A stretch of 64,000 nucleotides of DNA from Actinomycetota bacterium (GCA_013152275.1 JAADGS010000045.1:1-64000); one strand, 5' to 3'; shown: positions 1 through 10,293, counted from the first letter of the stretch. Numbers and translations are program-made. Notes: generated by a model not told the origin, from the sequence alone.

Positions 1-63
1 GAACCCCCTCAGAGCCACACGCACATGCAACAAGTTGCGGGCGGTTGACTGGTTAACCGGGGA

Positions 64-669
64 GTGATGGTGATGGTGATGGTGCTGGATCGCGGCAAGC
101 TAGCGAAGATAGATCGCCGGCTGCTGGCGGAGTTGGATCATGGTGAAGGGCCGCAGACGGTGAAGGTCCCCTTGTCAGATGCGGCATGGTCGACATGGCG
201 AAGATACTGTGACGTGCTCGGGCTAACGATGGGGGAGGGTATCGCCGGTTTGATCGACAGCGAGCTGACAGCGGTAGTCGACGTCGGTGGCTTGGACAGC
301 AGCTCTGTGGTGTTCGCGGGTCGAGCCGAAGAACAGTTGGTAGCACGGGAGGCGCAGATCGGTGCACGTGAGCATGACGTCATGGCGGCGGAGGAGCGTC
401 TCCGCAGGCAGAACGAGCGGCTGCGCCATTGGAGTGAGCTTCTCCGAATACGAGAGGATGAACTCGATATCCGAGAGTGGCGTCTCGAGGCGACTACCAA
501 CCTGTCGAGCCAGCGTCAGCCAGCTGGCACCAAGGTCGGTCGCAACGAGCGGTGCCCCTGCGGATCTGGTCTGAAGTACAAGCACTGCCACGGCCTGCCC
601 GGTCGTCAAACAGACCGACCAACCCCATTAGGAGCCTCTCACTGCCGGTTCCCAATCCGTGAGGGATGA
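64..669 (+). CDS. SEC-C (Zn-binding) motif protein with central coiled coil
   Basis: C-terminal [21 protein letters not shown] is a canonical SEC-C motif; GGAG precedes tandem GTG/ATG starts, so the exact start is uncertain. Confidence 0.8.
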   Translation: MMVMVMVLDRGKLAKIDRRLLAELDHGEGPQTVKVPLSDAAWSTWRRYCDVLGLTMGEGIAGLIDSELTAVVDVGGLDSSSVVFAGRAEEQLVAREAQIGAREHDVMAAEERLRRQNERLRHWSELLRIREDELDIREWRLEATTNLSSQRQPAGTKVGRNERCPCGSGLKYKHCHGLPGRQTDRPTPLGASHCRFPIREG

Positions 670-759
670 CGGAGCTGAAGACCTCCTTCAGCTTCAGACC
701 TGGAGGAAGTCCGTGCATGCGCTGGCAGAACCGTTCGGTGTGATCGGGTGTATGTTCTC

Positions 760-1506
760 TCACGGAGAGGGCAGGTTTGCGATGTCGGATGGCGTGATCC
801 CGACCTTGGAGAGCAGATCGGAGGTGTGGATCGGGCAGTCGGCTTGGATGGCCAACTGATCGGCAATATCGGCCGGAATGTACATCCCTTCTACTCCCAA
901 TCCGACCTCGGCACCCGCGGGAAAGCCAGCGTACGGGTTCCAGCTATCGAGTCCGCCCTCGAGGAATGCGTCCAACGACGGCGGATCAGGAGCTGGTACG
1001 CCGTGGTCGAGGAGGCACTGCGTGAGCCAAGTGTACGCGTGGTACATGACGGTCAGATAGGCCTCAGAGAAGGGAGGGTCCACCACGAGCCCGATGTCGA
1101 TGGCCTTCTGCCAGCATGCCTGGGATGCCTGGCCGAGCGTCCTTTGCGAGATCTGCTCTGGGACGGTGAGCCCGCGACCGTCATCCCGCAGGCTAACGGC
1201 GTACCCGAGGTCGGTCAGACAGGCCCATACGTACTGCCAGTGATCGACTCCTCCCTTGAAGAAAGGACCGGTTCGAGATCCTGTGTAGCTAACCGGCCAG
1301 TCTGGTAGATCACCAGCCGTGACGGCACCATCCAGGCTTGCAGTGCTCGGTGTAGGCGAAGTGCTTGTCGTGACTGTCGATGTCGATGATGCCAAGGCCG
1401 GAGATAATGGCAGTGTTGTGGTTGGCTGCGCGCTGGAGCAGCCAACCACAACAACGACCAGACCCACCAGCGAGCCCAGCCGCGCTGCGGCGCCGAATCG
1501 ACTCAC
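760..1506 (-). CDS. Putative lipoprotein with duplicated CLxDxG motif
   Basis: GTG start overlaps the upstream TGA (GTGA); hydrophobic run then lipobox VVG-C, S/T-rich linker, motifs CLTDLGY and CLLDHGVPAPDPPSLDAF...WNPY. Confidence 0.75.
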   Translation of the reverse strand: MSRFGAAARLGSLVGLVVVVVGCSSAQPTTTLPLSPALASSTSTVTTSTSPTPSTASLDGAVTAGDLPDWPVSYTGSRTGPFFKGGVDHWQYVWACLTDLGYAVSLRDDGRGLTVPEQISQRTLGQASQACWQKAIDIGLVVDPPFSEAYLTVMYHAYTWLTQCLLDHGVPAPDPPSLDAFLEGGLDSWNPYAGFPAGAEVGLGVEGMYIPADIADQLAIQADCPIHTSDLLSKVGITPSDIANLPSP

Positions 1507-1784
1507 GTTTTGCAGGCCCCGTATCCCCCACCCGGAGCATTCACGATCCAGGACCGGTAGCCGGTTCGCCATGTCCAGGTCAGGACAAGTGTGCCATCCG
1601 AGTCGTAGTAAGTGCCCGGTGTTCCTTGGACCCAGTGGTACTGCAGTCCAGCACCGTATCCGACTGTTCTCGGATATCCGCCGGTTTGGCAGTTCATCGA
1701 TCCTGATGAGGCAGCGGCTGGTAGTGCCATCATGGCGATGAGCAGGCCGAGCACCGCGATGATTGTGATGGTTCGTCTGAGCAC
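1503..1784 (-). CDS. Small secreted peptide (93 aa, two Cys), bacteriocin-like precursor candidate
   Basis: GAGGAA RBS then GTG; Sec signal LRRTITIIAVLGLLIAMMALPAAA; G/W/Y/T-rich mature part with Cys near each end. Confidence 0.7.
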   Translation of the reverse strand: MLRRTITIIAVLGLLIAMMALPAAASSGSMNCQTGGYPRTVGYGAGLQYHWVQGTPGTYYDSDGTLVLTWTWRTGYRSWIVNAPGGGYGACKT

Positions 1785-2066
1785 GTAGTGTTCCTCATCG
1801 TGTTGGGTGGCGGCGGGACGGCGTAGCAAGTTAGTTCCGTCGCCACTCGGCCAGTGAAGACAGATGATCTCTGTCGTTGATCGGTCCCCCTTATGTCGCC
1901 TGGTAGTCGTACTGTCGCGCAAGATTGTTCCAGACGCAAGGCTCGGTTTTCCCAACCTTTGGGCGGACCGAGGACCCGCCCCACTTGGGGAGTTCTTCGC
2001 CTGTTCTCTGCCAGCCTTTGGGGAGGCGGTGGCTAGATTGGGTCGGGTCAGGTTAGTAGAGGTTGG

Positions 2067-3131
2067 GTGGTGTTTGTGAGGTGGGGCCGTGTGTTGGTGT
2101 TGCTGCTGGTTGTGGTGGCAGCCGCCGGTGGGGGCTTCTGGGCTGGCAGGGTGGCGTTGGAGCCGCCGTCGAATCCGCTTGATGAGACCGTACAGCCGGT
2201 TGTGTACACGGTGGAGGATGGGACGGTCGGCCGGTCGTTGACGTTCACTGCGGTCGCGGAGTGGGATCTGACGCCGGTGGGGGAGAACTCGGCCGGCGGG
2301 GTGGTGACGTCGGTGCAGGTCGCAGCGGGTGACACGGTGTCTGCCGGTGATGTGTTGTATTCGGTGAATCTGCGTCCCGTGGTGATCGCCGAAGGTGCGG
2401 TGCCGATGTTCCGGTCGCTGGCGGTGAAGTCGGATGGTTCGGACGTTGCGCAGCTTCAGTCGTTCCTGTCCGGGTTGGGGTTGTTTTCGGGTGATGTGGA
2501 TGGTTCGTTCGGGTCGTCTACTCGTAGTGCGGTGAGGGCGTGGCAGGCCTCGTTGGGTGTGTCTGACACGGGTGTGGTCGAGGCGGGGGATCTGGTGTTC
2601 GTGCCGGTCTTGCCTGTCCGGGTCGCGTTGTCGGATGAGGTGTGGGTGGGTGCACGGCTGGCTGGTGGGGAGCGGGTGGTGCAGGTGGTGCCGTCAGATC
2701 CGGTGTTTCGGATCCCGCTGGCGATCGAGCAGGCGTCGCTGGTGCCGTTGTCGGCCGATGTGTTCGTGACGTATCCGGATGGGGTGTGGGATGCGCGGAT
2801 CGTGCAGGCGTCCGAGTCGCTCGAGACGGGGCAGTTGAATCTGATTTTGGAGGGGATCGGTGGCGGGTCGGTGTGTGGCGATGTGTGCGCCGACTGGGTC
2901 GGGTTGACCGACCGGAGCGACTTCCGTGCCGAGGTGGTGGTGATCCCGGAGACGAACGGTCCGGCTGTGCCGGTCGCTGCGATCAGTTCCGGGCCGGGCA
3001 ATCAGGCGTATGTGATGGCTCCCGACGGGTCGCAGCTGCCGGTGACCGTGATCGAATCGTCCAACGGACTGTCGATCGTCGACGGGATCGCCGCCGGTAC
3101 CGAGATTCTGTTGCCTGTCACCGGCTCATGA
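2067..3131 (+). CDS. Peptidoglycan-binding domain efflux adaptor (membrane-fusion-like) protein
   Basis: N-terminal TM; GVVTSVQVAAGDTVSAGDVL barrel motif; PG_binding-like GSDVAQLQSFL...DGSFGSSTRSAVRAWQ...TG. Confidence 0.85.
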   Translation: MVFVRWGRVLVLLLVVVAAAGGGFWAGRVALEPPSNPLDETVQPVVYTVEDGTVGRSLTFTAVAEWDLTPVGENSAGGVVTSVQVAAGDTVSAGDVLYSVNLRPVVIAEGAVPMFRSLAVKSDGSDVAQLQSFLSGLGLFSGDVDGSFGSSTRSAVRAWQASLGVSDTGVVEAGDLVFVPVLPVRVALSDEVWVGARLAGGERVVQVVPSDPVFRIPLAIEQASLVPLSADVFVTYPDGVWDARIVQASESLETGQLNLILEGIGGGSVCGDVCADWVGLTDRSDFRAEVVVIPETNGPAVPVAAISSGPGNQAYVMAPDGSQLPVTVIESSNGLSIVDGIAAGTEILLPVTGS

Positions 3132-3763
3132 TCACCGTCGAGGATCTTGTTTTCGGGTACCGGCGGGACGAAACGATCCTGGACGTGGTGTCGCACCGGT
3201 TCGAGGAGGGGTCCGTGACGGCGGTCACGGGAGCGTCGGGACGAGGCAAGTCGACACTGCTGTATCTGATCGGTCTGCTGTTGACGCCGTGGTCGGGGAC
3301 GATCAGTTTCGATGGGGAGAATGTCGGTGCACGGGCGGATCGACGCCGCTCGGAGTTCCGTGCGGCCCGGATCGGGTTCGTGTTCCAGGACGCGGCGTTG
3401 GATCCGGCCCGAACGGTGTTGGACAACATCATCGAAGTGTCGAATTACACGCGGATCCGTCGACGTGACGCCGTCGAGCAGGCCGAGGAGCTGATGCAAC
3501 GCTTCGATGTGGGGTTGCGGGCGGATTACAAGCCGGGGGAGGTATCGGGCGGGCAGGCGCAGCGGATCGCGTTGTGTCGCGCGCTGCTCGCGTCACCCGA
3601 CGTGATCCTTGCCGACGAACCGACCGGCAACCTCGATGCCCGAACCGCCGATGTGGTCATCGACGCGCTCGCCGGTTTGGCGCACGATGAGGACAAGACG
3701 GTGATCATCGCTACACACGACGCAACGGTCATGGCCGCCTGTGATGCGAGGTGGGCACTGTGA
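3128..3763 (+). CDS. ABC transporter ATP-binding protein (LolD/MacB-like)
   Basis: ATGA overlap; Walker A GASGRGKS, signature [23 protein letters not shown]. Confidence 0.95.
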   Translation: MITVEDLVFGYRRDETILDVVSHRFEEGSVTAVTGASGRGKSTLLYLIGLLLTPWSGTISFDGENVGARADRRRSEFRAARIGFVFQDAALDPARTVLDNIIEVSNYTRIRRRDAVEQAEELMQRFDVGLRADYKPGEVSGGQAQRIALCRALLASPDVILADEPTGNLDARTADVVIDALAGLAHDEDKTVIIATHDATVMAACDARWAL

Positions 3764-4839
3764 AACTGGTTATCGAGTCTGCCCGCACCGCACTGGCCCA
3801 ACCGGTGTCGTCGATCGTGACGGCGCTCATCGTGGCGGGGGTTGTCGCGGCGATCCTGTCGACGACCGGCCAAACCGTCCAAGCTGAACGCCAGGTCCTG
3901 TCACAGATCGACGCAGCCGGGACCCGGTCGATCGTCATCTCGGACACGAAAGGCACCGCAGGGATCAGCCCCGACGCTGTCGATCGCATCAGCCGCCTCA
4001 GCGGGGTCCAGTGGGTGATCGGCCTCGGACCGGCCACCGACGTGCGGCCGGCAGCCAACCCTGGAGGAGACCCGGCAGCGATGCGTGCCCTCTACGGCAC
4101 CATCCCGCCACAACTCGACATCCCCAGCGGCATCCCACCCGCCGGTCAGGCCGTCATCGGACCCGACGCGCAAACCACCCTCGGCCTGCTCCTGCCGGTC
4201 GGGGGGACCATCACCAACGACTCCAGCGTCGCGGTGGTCGGCGGGTTCAAAGCGACCGATCCGCTCACGTTCCTCAACCGTGGTCTGCTCACCGGGCCCG
4301 GCCCTTCCGACACGCAACTACGGGCGATCTACATCCTGGTTACCGCGCCCGATGAGGTCGCCAGTGTCGCCGATGCCGCCTACCTCGTCCTCGCACCCAG
4401 CGACTTGTCGTCGGTCGGGATCCAAACCTCCGAGACCCTCGCACAGGTCAGGGCAGCCGTCCAGGGAGAACTCGGACGCTACGGCCGCAACCTCGTCACC
4501 CTCGTTCTCGCCGCCGGACTTGTCCTCACCGGACTGAACGTCTACGGGACCGTCACGACACGCCGCCGCGATTTCGGACGCCGCCGCGCGTTGGGTGCCA
4601 CCCGACCCACCATCATCGGGCTCATCGCCACCCAGACCGCACTCACCGCGTTGGTGGGTGCGTTGATCGGTACGGTCGCTACCTGGCTGATCCTCACCCG
4701 GGCAACCGGCACTCCACCCGATCCGACCTTCACGCTCGCCATCGACATCCTCGCCGTCGTCACCACCACCATCGCCGCCATCCCACCAGCAACCATCGCC
4801 GCCTACCGCGACCCCGTCCGCATCCTCCGAGTGCCATAG
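3760..4839 (+). CDS. FtsX/MacB-like ABC permease
   Basis: GTGA overlap; N-terminal TM, extracytoplasmic domain, [13 protein letters not shown] motif, C-terminal DPVRILR. Confidence 0.9.
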   Translation: MKLVIESARTALAQPVSSIVTALIVAGVVAAILSTTGQTVQAERQVLSQIDAAGTRSIVISDTKGTAGISPDAVDRISRLSGVQWVIGLGPATDVRPAANPGGDPAAMRALYGTIPPQLDIPSGIPPAGQAVIGPDAQTTLGLLLPVGGTITNDSSVAVVGGFKATDPLTFLNRGLLTGPGPSDTQLRAIYILVTAPDEVASVADAAYLVLAPSDLSSVGIQTSETLAQVRAAVQGELGRYGRNLVTLVLAAGLVLTGLNVYGTVTTRRRDFGRRRALGATRPTIIGLIATQTALTALVGALIGTVATWLILTRATGTPPDPTFTLAIDILAVVTTTIAAIPPATIAAYRDPVRILRVP

Positions 4840-4951
4840 GGAACAAGAAGGAAGCGGAGAGTCAGCTGAGAGCCCTTGGGCCACACCGCGACCACAAGCA
4901 GCGAGAAACAGCGCAAATCGATGCGAACTCGAACCGACGCGAACTCCCAGT

Positions 4952-5887
4952 TCAGAGGCTGCTTTCGAGCATTCCTCCCAGGCCACACGGTTGTACTCGG
5001 ATACCCTTGAGCCGGCCTTTCAAGCCGGAAACGCTAGTTCGAATCTGGTCGGGGCTGCGAAACGGCCCCTGCTCAGCGACGAAGACTTCCAGCGTCCTGT
5101 CGTCGAGAAGGCGGTCGATCAAGTCGGCGGAACCGGCGATGTAGGTCGAGGACCAATCGATGTCGGTCGATACAAACCATGCGCGGTCGGCCGGCCACCA
5201 GAAACTCGGCGGCGTGTTGTTGAACACCCAGTCATCATTGCGGTCGGAGGGAGTCTCGATCGAGCCCCGATGGAGGAGGTAGCGGCGTCCGCTGTGGGTA
5301 AGCGACGGGCTGACGTCGACCAATGGGCGTGGGTCGTCCGCGGGCCGACGGTGTCGCCTCCGGCTCCTGCGTCGGTTCCACCACCGCCCTCTGGCCTGCA
5401 GAGGAACACCGGTCCCGTATCCGTACCAGACGAGCAGCCACAGCAGGCCCGGGGTGGAGGTCGCTTGGGCGAGGATCTCAGCCAGCCGATCAACGAGCGG
5501 CCGCTCGAGCTCACCTTCCATTGGGAGAGATGCTCCTTGGCGCAGCCAAGACATCCCATCGTCGCGAACCGAAAGGTCATGGATCGAAGAGGTGGCGTCG
5601 AACGGTTTGCCGCTCCAGCCGCTGATCTGGCTCCACGGCACCGACCGTTCCGAGATGTGGTCGACGGCTTGCTTCCTGACATGAGCCGGGTGGAGAACCC
5701 TGGCGTAGCGCTCGAAGTCGTCGGGGATCCACGAACGGAGTGATCGGCCGTAGACGAGACGTCCCCGCACCCAATCCACTGGGTCGTGATCCGTCAGAGG
5801 CTCTGAGTCGATGCGTATTCCGACTTCGAGCCTCCTTTCTCTCGGCTGCAACGATACCTGCACGGAGCAACGCCAGACTGGATCCAC
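4952..5887 (-). CDS. Conserved hypothetical protein (actinobacterial type)
   Basis: Protein-like motifs FERYARVLHPA and PSFWWPADRAWFVSTDIDWSSTYIAGS; both ends uncertain. Confidence 0.65.
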   Translation of the reverse strand: MDPVWRCSVQVSLQPRERRLEVGIRIDSEPLTDHDPVDWVRGRLVYGRSLRSWIPDDFERYARVLHPAHVRKQAVDHISERSVPWSQISGWSGKPFDATSSIHDLSVRDDGMSWLRQGASLPMEGELERPLVDRLAEILAQATSTPGLLWLLVWYGYGTGVPLQARGRWWNRRRSRRRHRRPADDPRPLVDVSPSLTHSGRRYLLHRGSIETPSDRNDDWVFNNTPPSFWWPADRAWFVSTDIDWSSTYIAGSADLIDRLLDDRTLEVFVAEQGPFRSPDQIRTSVSGLKGRLKGIRVQPCGLGGMLESSL

Positions 5888-6118
5888 GCTCTGGGTCTCA
5901 CTAGCGCGGCCGAATCGAGCGGTTGCTCGAAGTCAGCCTCCGCCCGACAAGAGGCGCCGCGCTCAAGGTGAACGTTCAAGCCGCGTGCCTATCGCGTGCA
6001 CATGGCAGTGAGAACCACCGGAAAACAGTGCAAGACGATGAGTGGCCAGAGAGCGGCCCCACCTGGCGTTTCTCTCGTGATCCGCCTTCTACCAGGGCGC
6101 GTCGAAACAGGTCCGGAA

Positions 6119-6153
6119 GCCTTCACACAGCAGAGGTCATTAGTGCGGGTCCC
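6119..6153 (+). other. Degenerate tRNA-Val(CAC)-like fragment (probable att relic)
   Basis: GCCTTCACACAGCAGAGGTCATTAGTGCGGGTCCC resembles the anticodon-to-T-arm part of tRNA-Val(CAC); no D arm or acceptor stem. Confidence 0.4.
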
Positions 6154-6230
6154 GATGCACTCTCCCGGCCGGGATCTGGCGCTCGGTTAGGGCGCAGGTT
6201 CCTGGATCCGGGCACGTAATCCGCGTGACG

Positions 6231-6306
6231 TCATGCTGCGACAGAGTACAACCTGGCGAGTGGCGCTGGACGTGTAGTCAGCTCTCGTATCGGTCCTCCG
6301 ACACCA
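6231..6306 (+). mobile_element. att-junction relic 1 (recombinase tail + tRNA-Leu-like core)
   Basis: Ends CCTCCGACACCA; minus strand reads GVGGPIRELTTRPAPLARLYSVAA*. Confidence 0.65.
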
Positions 6307-6624
6307 ACATACCCGCTGGTAACAGGGGGTGTTTGCACCACGTCCTGGTTCGGACTGACTCGGCGCGAATGCGCGATGGGGATATTCTCGCGGCGAAGAC
6401 TCAGCCGGCATCGTGGCGGTGCGGCCCTGGAAACCGCCACGCGTATTGCCGGATATGGGCGGCTCGCCTGTGGGTTGTTTGGCATCCAGGCCGCGCGTTA
6501 TGGGTGGTGCCCATGCCCCCACGACTCCGGCGAGCGTCCTTTTGGGGTGCCTGCCCTACGAGGCCTGCGGGTCTTGACATGGCTCGGCCCATTAGAACGC
6601 CAATCCGACCCGGGTTTTCAGCTG

Positions 6625-6747
6625 TTACAAAGGTTTCTGCTCATTGGCCTTGGCTGCCTTCTTGTCCTTCTTGGCCTGGCGTTTCTCCTTCAGGCTGCTG
6701 GACGCGGCCTTCTTGCTGCTCCTTCCGCCCTTGTCTTTCTTCGCCAT
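6625..6747 (-). CDS. 40-aa Lys-rich basic small protein
   Basis: AAGGAGG RBS 5 nt before ATG; MAKKDKGGRSSKKAASSSLKEKRQAKKDKKAAKANEQKPL*; below the ORF-track cutoff. Confidence 0.75.
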   Translation of the reverse strand: MAKKDKGGRSSKKAASSSLKEKRQAKKDKKAAKANEQKPL

Positions 6748-7141
6748 GGGTGCCTCCTTGCGGACCGCCTGCGATGACGGCCATGCCCCATTCTGTCACA
6801 CAGGCACGATCTGGCCTCATAGGTCACCGAGGCCAGGTCAGCTCCGCATGTTCTCGGATCGGCCATTGAGCGGAGCCCAGCTTCGGTGAGAGGCCCGTCA
6901 AGTCGCTCTCTGACGGCCCGATCGAAGAGCGGGTTCGGCTGGATGTGCTCAAGATTGGAGCTACCCGCATCAGCGCACTGATCACCCAACCTGATCCCGC
7001 GGTAAACGTAAAGCGTCGGAATACCCCATAACAGCGGGTTCCCGAGCCATATTGGTCTGATCACCAAACAGCGCCGAACGGCACGTATCGAGCGGTGGCT
7101 CACAGCAGGTAGTTGACGTTTCCCGTCCGGGCCGTCGTCAA

Positions 7142-8299
7142 TCACCTAGCGGGCCCTGCCGCCAGCTGAGTTCTCTTGACGTTCATCGACGTTGCCCGAC
7201 CTCCCCACTCCCTAAGTCGCCACGCCGGGTGGTTGTCACGCGTTGAGGTTCCTCCGACACGAACCCCAAGTACATGGCGTGCCCCGGCGGCTACGTGTGC
7301 GCGTCCGTCGGAGTGGTGGGTGAGGTTGACTCCGAGTTCTTCGTAGATGGCCCGTTTGTCGGCGGGATCGGCATCGGCTGGCACGGCGACGATGTCGCGT
7401 AGTTGGGTGACGAGTGCTTTGATCTCGGTCTCGGTGAGTTTGCGTGGTGTGGGTTTGCGGCCGAGTTCTCGTTTCAGACTTCTGCGTTCTCGCTCGGTCT
7501 CGGCGATCCAAGTGACGGCGATAATGATGTCGGCGTCGTGTTCGAGGAGTGCCCGGTACTTGGCGAGCTTGGTGTCGCATTCCTCGAGCCGGCGGCGCAG
7601 CTCGAGGCCAGGGCTTTCATCGGGTATGGCCCCGCTGGCGGCGGCCGGGGTCTGGGCGGTGGCATCGAGATGGTCATCGTCGGAGAGGCTGCCGATCCAG
7701 ACGTCGAGAGCGGGCACGATGGCGTCCTCACGCACGTAGATGGTCTTGGCGTGTTGTTGCTTGGTCACGGCGTACTCGGCGGGGAACTTGCATCGATAGT
7801 AGGGCTTGCCGTTGTTCCAGGATCCCTGCATCCTGCGGTCGCACACAGCACAGCGGATCAGCCCTGAGAGTACGTAGGCATGCTTGGTGCGATCTCGACG
7901 GACCGCGCCGGCGCGTTGGGTGCCGGCAAAGACGTCCTGGGCAGCCTGGTAGGTCTCGGCGTCGATGATGGCTGGAAGGGTCGGGTTCTGCGATCAGATC
8001 CAGTCGTCGGGGTTGTTCCATCGCATTCTGGTTTGGTGGCCGAGGGCGACGTCGTTGACGTCGATGAGGGTTTCGTCGCGGCGTTGACGGTTCCAGACTT
8101 GGTGCCCGGTGTAGCGGGGGTTGCGGGCAGGGTCGTGAGCGGAGGGAGAGGGGATCCCGTCTGCGGTGAGTCCCTCGGCGATCGCATACAGACCTTTCCC
8201 GGCAAGGTACTCGGCGAAGATCCTCTGCACGACCGGCGCGACTGTCGGGTCAAGCTCGAGCTTCTTCAGCGTTTGGCCGGCGGCGGCTTTGGCGGGGTG
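7142..8299 (-). pseudogene. Large serine recombinase remnant (recombinase + Zn-ribbon + coiled-coil domains)
   Basis: VVQRIFAEYLAGKG...NPRYTGHQVWN; LSGLIRCAVCDRRMQG...YYRC; in-frame TGA at 7994-7996; N-terminal catalytic domain absent. Confidence 0.9.
7238..7260 (+). mobile_element. att-junction relic 2, inside the 3' end of the recombinase gene
   Basis: TTGAGGTTCCTCCGACAC; the recombinase frame reads VRVGGTSTRD across it. Confidence 0.65.
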
Positions 8300-8408
8300 G
8301 CATTGGCGGCGTCGGCAGTCGGTGCAACGGCAAGGCTTGCCGCTATGGCCAGAGCCAACGCTCTGGTACTTCAGCGGGACAGGCTCCCGCGGTCTCGTTT
8401 CCGCAGCT

Positions 8409-9143
8409 TCAAGACTGTCCCCTCGCTGATTGTCGACTTGCGTTTGCACTGCCGGCTGAGTTCCTTCCTCCTCTTTGTCTCTGCTCCACCCGGCTCGCCA
8501 CACATGTGAAAACAACCCAGAGGACGACGACATTGATGATCGCCCCGATGATGTCGAGGTGTGCGATGAACGGATTGAACGTGGGAGACGAGAGCCGATT
8601 CGGGAATGTGATCCATGCAACGGGCCAACCGGCGACATAATCGATCCGGGAGTAGAACCGGGCTGGTCCCGAAGGGACACGCACCGTGAACATGGCGATC
8701 ACCACGCTCACACCCAAGGCGAACCACGCCAGTCTCACCAGCCGTCGCCTCGTCAGGTATGGACCGAGTGAGACGAGAAACAGAGCAGCGAGCGAACCCC
8801 AGGCGATCACATCGAACACTGCGGCGTCGACACTGAACTCCCCCTCCGAAAACTGCGGACCTAGGAAGACGTTCAGTTCAGCAGCCGAGTCGTCTGGAGG
8901 CAGCTGGTTCGAGAATCGGTCCTCGCTCAAAAAGGGCCGTGGCAGTCCGTAGTTGCAGAACGGCTGGATTCCGGCATCGAGAATGCCCTTCTCATCGTAC
9001 TGGAGGATGCTCACCGATGCCGGCATCGCACACGTATGGGCGAAGAGAGACAAGAACGTCGCCACAAGCCCGACCCCAAGCGAGATCACTGCAATCAGCC
9101 ACAGGCGCAAATGGGGTCTTCGAACGGTTTCATCCCTGGTCAT
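8409..9143 (-). CDS. Hypothetical membrane protein (4 TM, internal duplication)
   Basis: GGAGG RBS then ATG; two TM-loop(G-x-P)-TM units (YGLPRPFL / AGWPVAWI). Confidence 0.7.
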   Translation of the reverse strand: MTRDETVRRPHLRLWLIAVISLGVGLVATFLSLFAHTCAMPASVSILQYDEKGILDAGIQPFCNYGLPRPFLSEDRFSNQLPPDDSAAELNVFLGPQFSEGEFSVDAAVFDVIAWGSLAALFLVSLGPYLTRRRLVRLAWFALGVSVVIAMFTVRVPSGPARFYSRIDYVAGWPVAWITFPNRLSSPTFNPFIAHLDIIGAIINVVVLWVVFTCVASRVEQRQRGGRNSAGSANASRQSARGQS

Positions 9144-9567
9144 GTCACCCTCCGTACGCTCAAGCGCATGCTCGCGCCCGAGCTGTCGCACAATACATCG
9201 AAAGGCTTCTGCAACCCGAAAAGAGACACTCGGTAATCAACCGGCAACGGACCCCTACACCGATACCTCGAAACACCCGAAACACTCAAACCGACCAACC
9301 CAGAATCTGAGCAAGAAAGCCGAACCGGGACACCTCCGATGCGGAGATCGCGATGTGCTGGGACCGGGGGAACCGTTCGCGGGCTGCGGCGGCGTGAGGT
9401 CGTGCCGCTGTGGCATTGGGGGTGTGATGCGGCCCCCTTCTCGTCAGCGCCTGCTACACGATGCGGGGCTGGGGTTGACGAGAGTGCGCGACAGGGTCCG
9501 GTCGTTGAGGGCACACGATCGGCCGAGAAGTGTTTGGCAGGGCTTGTATGATCGCCAGGAGGTTCGG

Positions 9568-10131
9568 ATGCGGCGTGTGATGGTGGGGCTGGTGCTGTTA
9601 CTGGCGGCCGGGTGTGCCCGGTTGCCGGTGGGTTCGGGACCTGTGTCGGCGTCGCGGGTGTCGGAGGTCACGGGGGAGTCGACGATTCCTCGGTGGCCTC
9701 CGGTGTCGTTGTTGCCGGATGAGTTCTTTCCGCGGCTGGTGGCGTGTCTGAACGATCACGGATACCCGGTGACGCTCGGGCCGAACTACACGATCACCGG
9801 AGGCGGGTTGATCGGGGATCGGGGGGCGTACAAGGAGATCAGAGAGGAGTGCATCCGCGATGTGGATCCGTCGTATTCGGAGGACCCGCCGCCGTTCACC
9901 CAGGAGCAGTTGGAGAGCCTGTACCGGTATCTGCAGGGGGTAGTGGCGTGTCTGGCCGGGTTGGGGTATCCGCAGGTAGAGATGCCATCGTTTGAGCGGT
10001 TCTCGACCGATCTACGGGGAAGGTTCGATCCGGTTTCGGCGCTCGTTGACGATTACGGGGTGTTTCCGTCCGATGCGGATATCGCAACGTGCCGTGACCA
10101 GGGTAAGCCGTCATGGTTCGTGGCGCCATAG
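9568..10131 (+). CDS. Lipoprotein, paralogue of 760-1506
   Basis: TATGAT -10 and AGGAGG RBS; lipobox LAAG-C; CLNDHGYPV and CLAGLGYPQVEMPSFERF. Confidence 0.85.
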   Translation: MRRVMVGLVLLLAAGCARLPVGSGPVSASRVSEVTGESTIPRWPPVSLLPDEFFPRLVACLNDHGYPVTLGPNYTITGGGLIGDRGAYKEIREECIRDVDPSYSEDPPPFTQEQLESLYRYLQGVVACLAGLGYPQVEMPSFERFSTDLRGRFDPVSALVDDYGVFPSDADIATCRDQGKPSWFVAP

Positions 10132-10293
10132 GCGCTCACGCTGCAACAGGTTTGGACCTTGATCGTCGCCTGGGGTTTCCCGACTGGACCGTTGCGCAAA
10201 GAATACGACGACGTCCCGATGGGCCCTATCGGGAACCCATGCGTGGTGCGGCATCTGATCGTTGCCCCCGCGATCGTGAGAGCATGCTGATCG

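Noticed and set aside
1..20. GAACCCCCTCAGAGCCACAC might be a tRNA 3' end or a fifth att core ahead of the SEC-C gene
   Set aside because: Cut by the window edge and a weak match; cannot be supported.
7994..7996. In-frame TGA as selenocysteine or programmed readthrough
   Set aside because: Trp is expected at this position and the gene has other lesions; a simple nonsense mutation is more likely.
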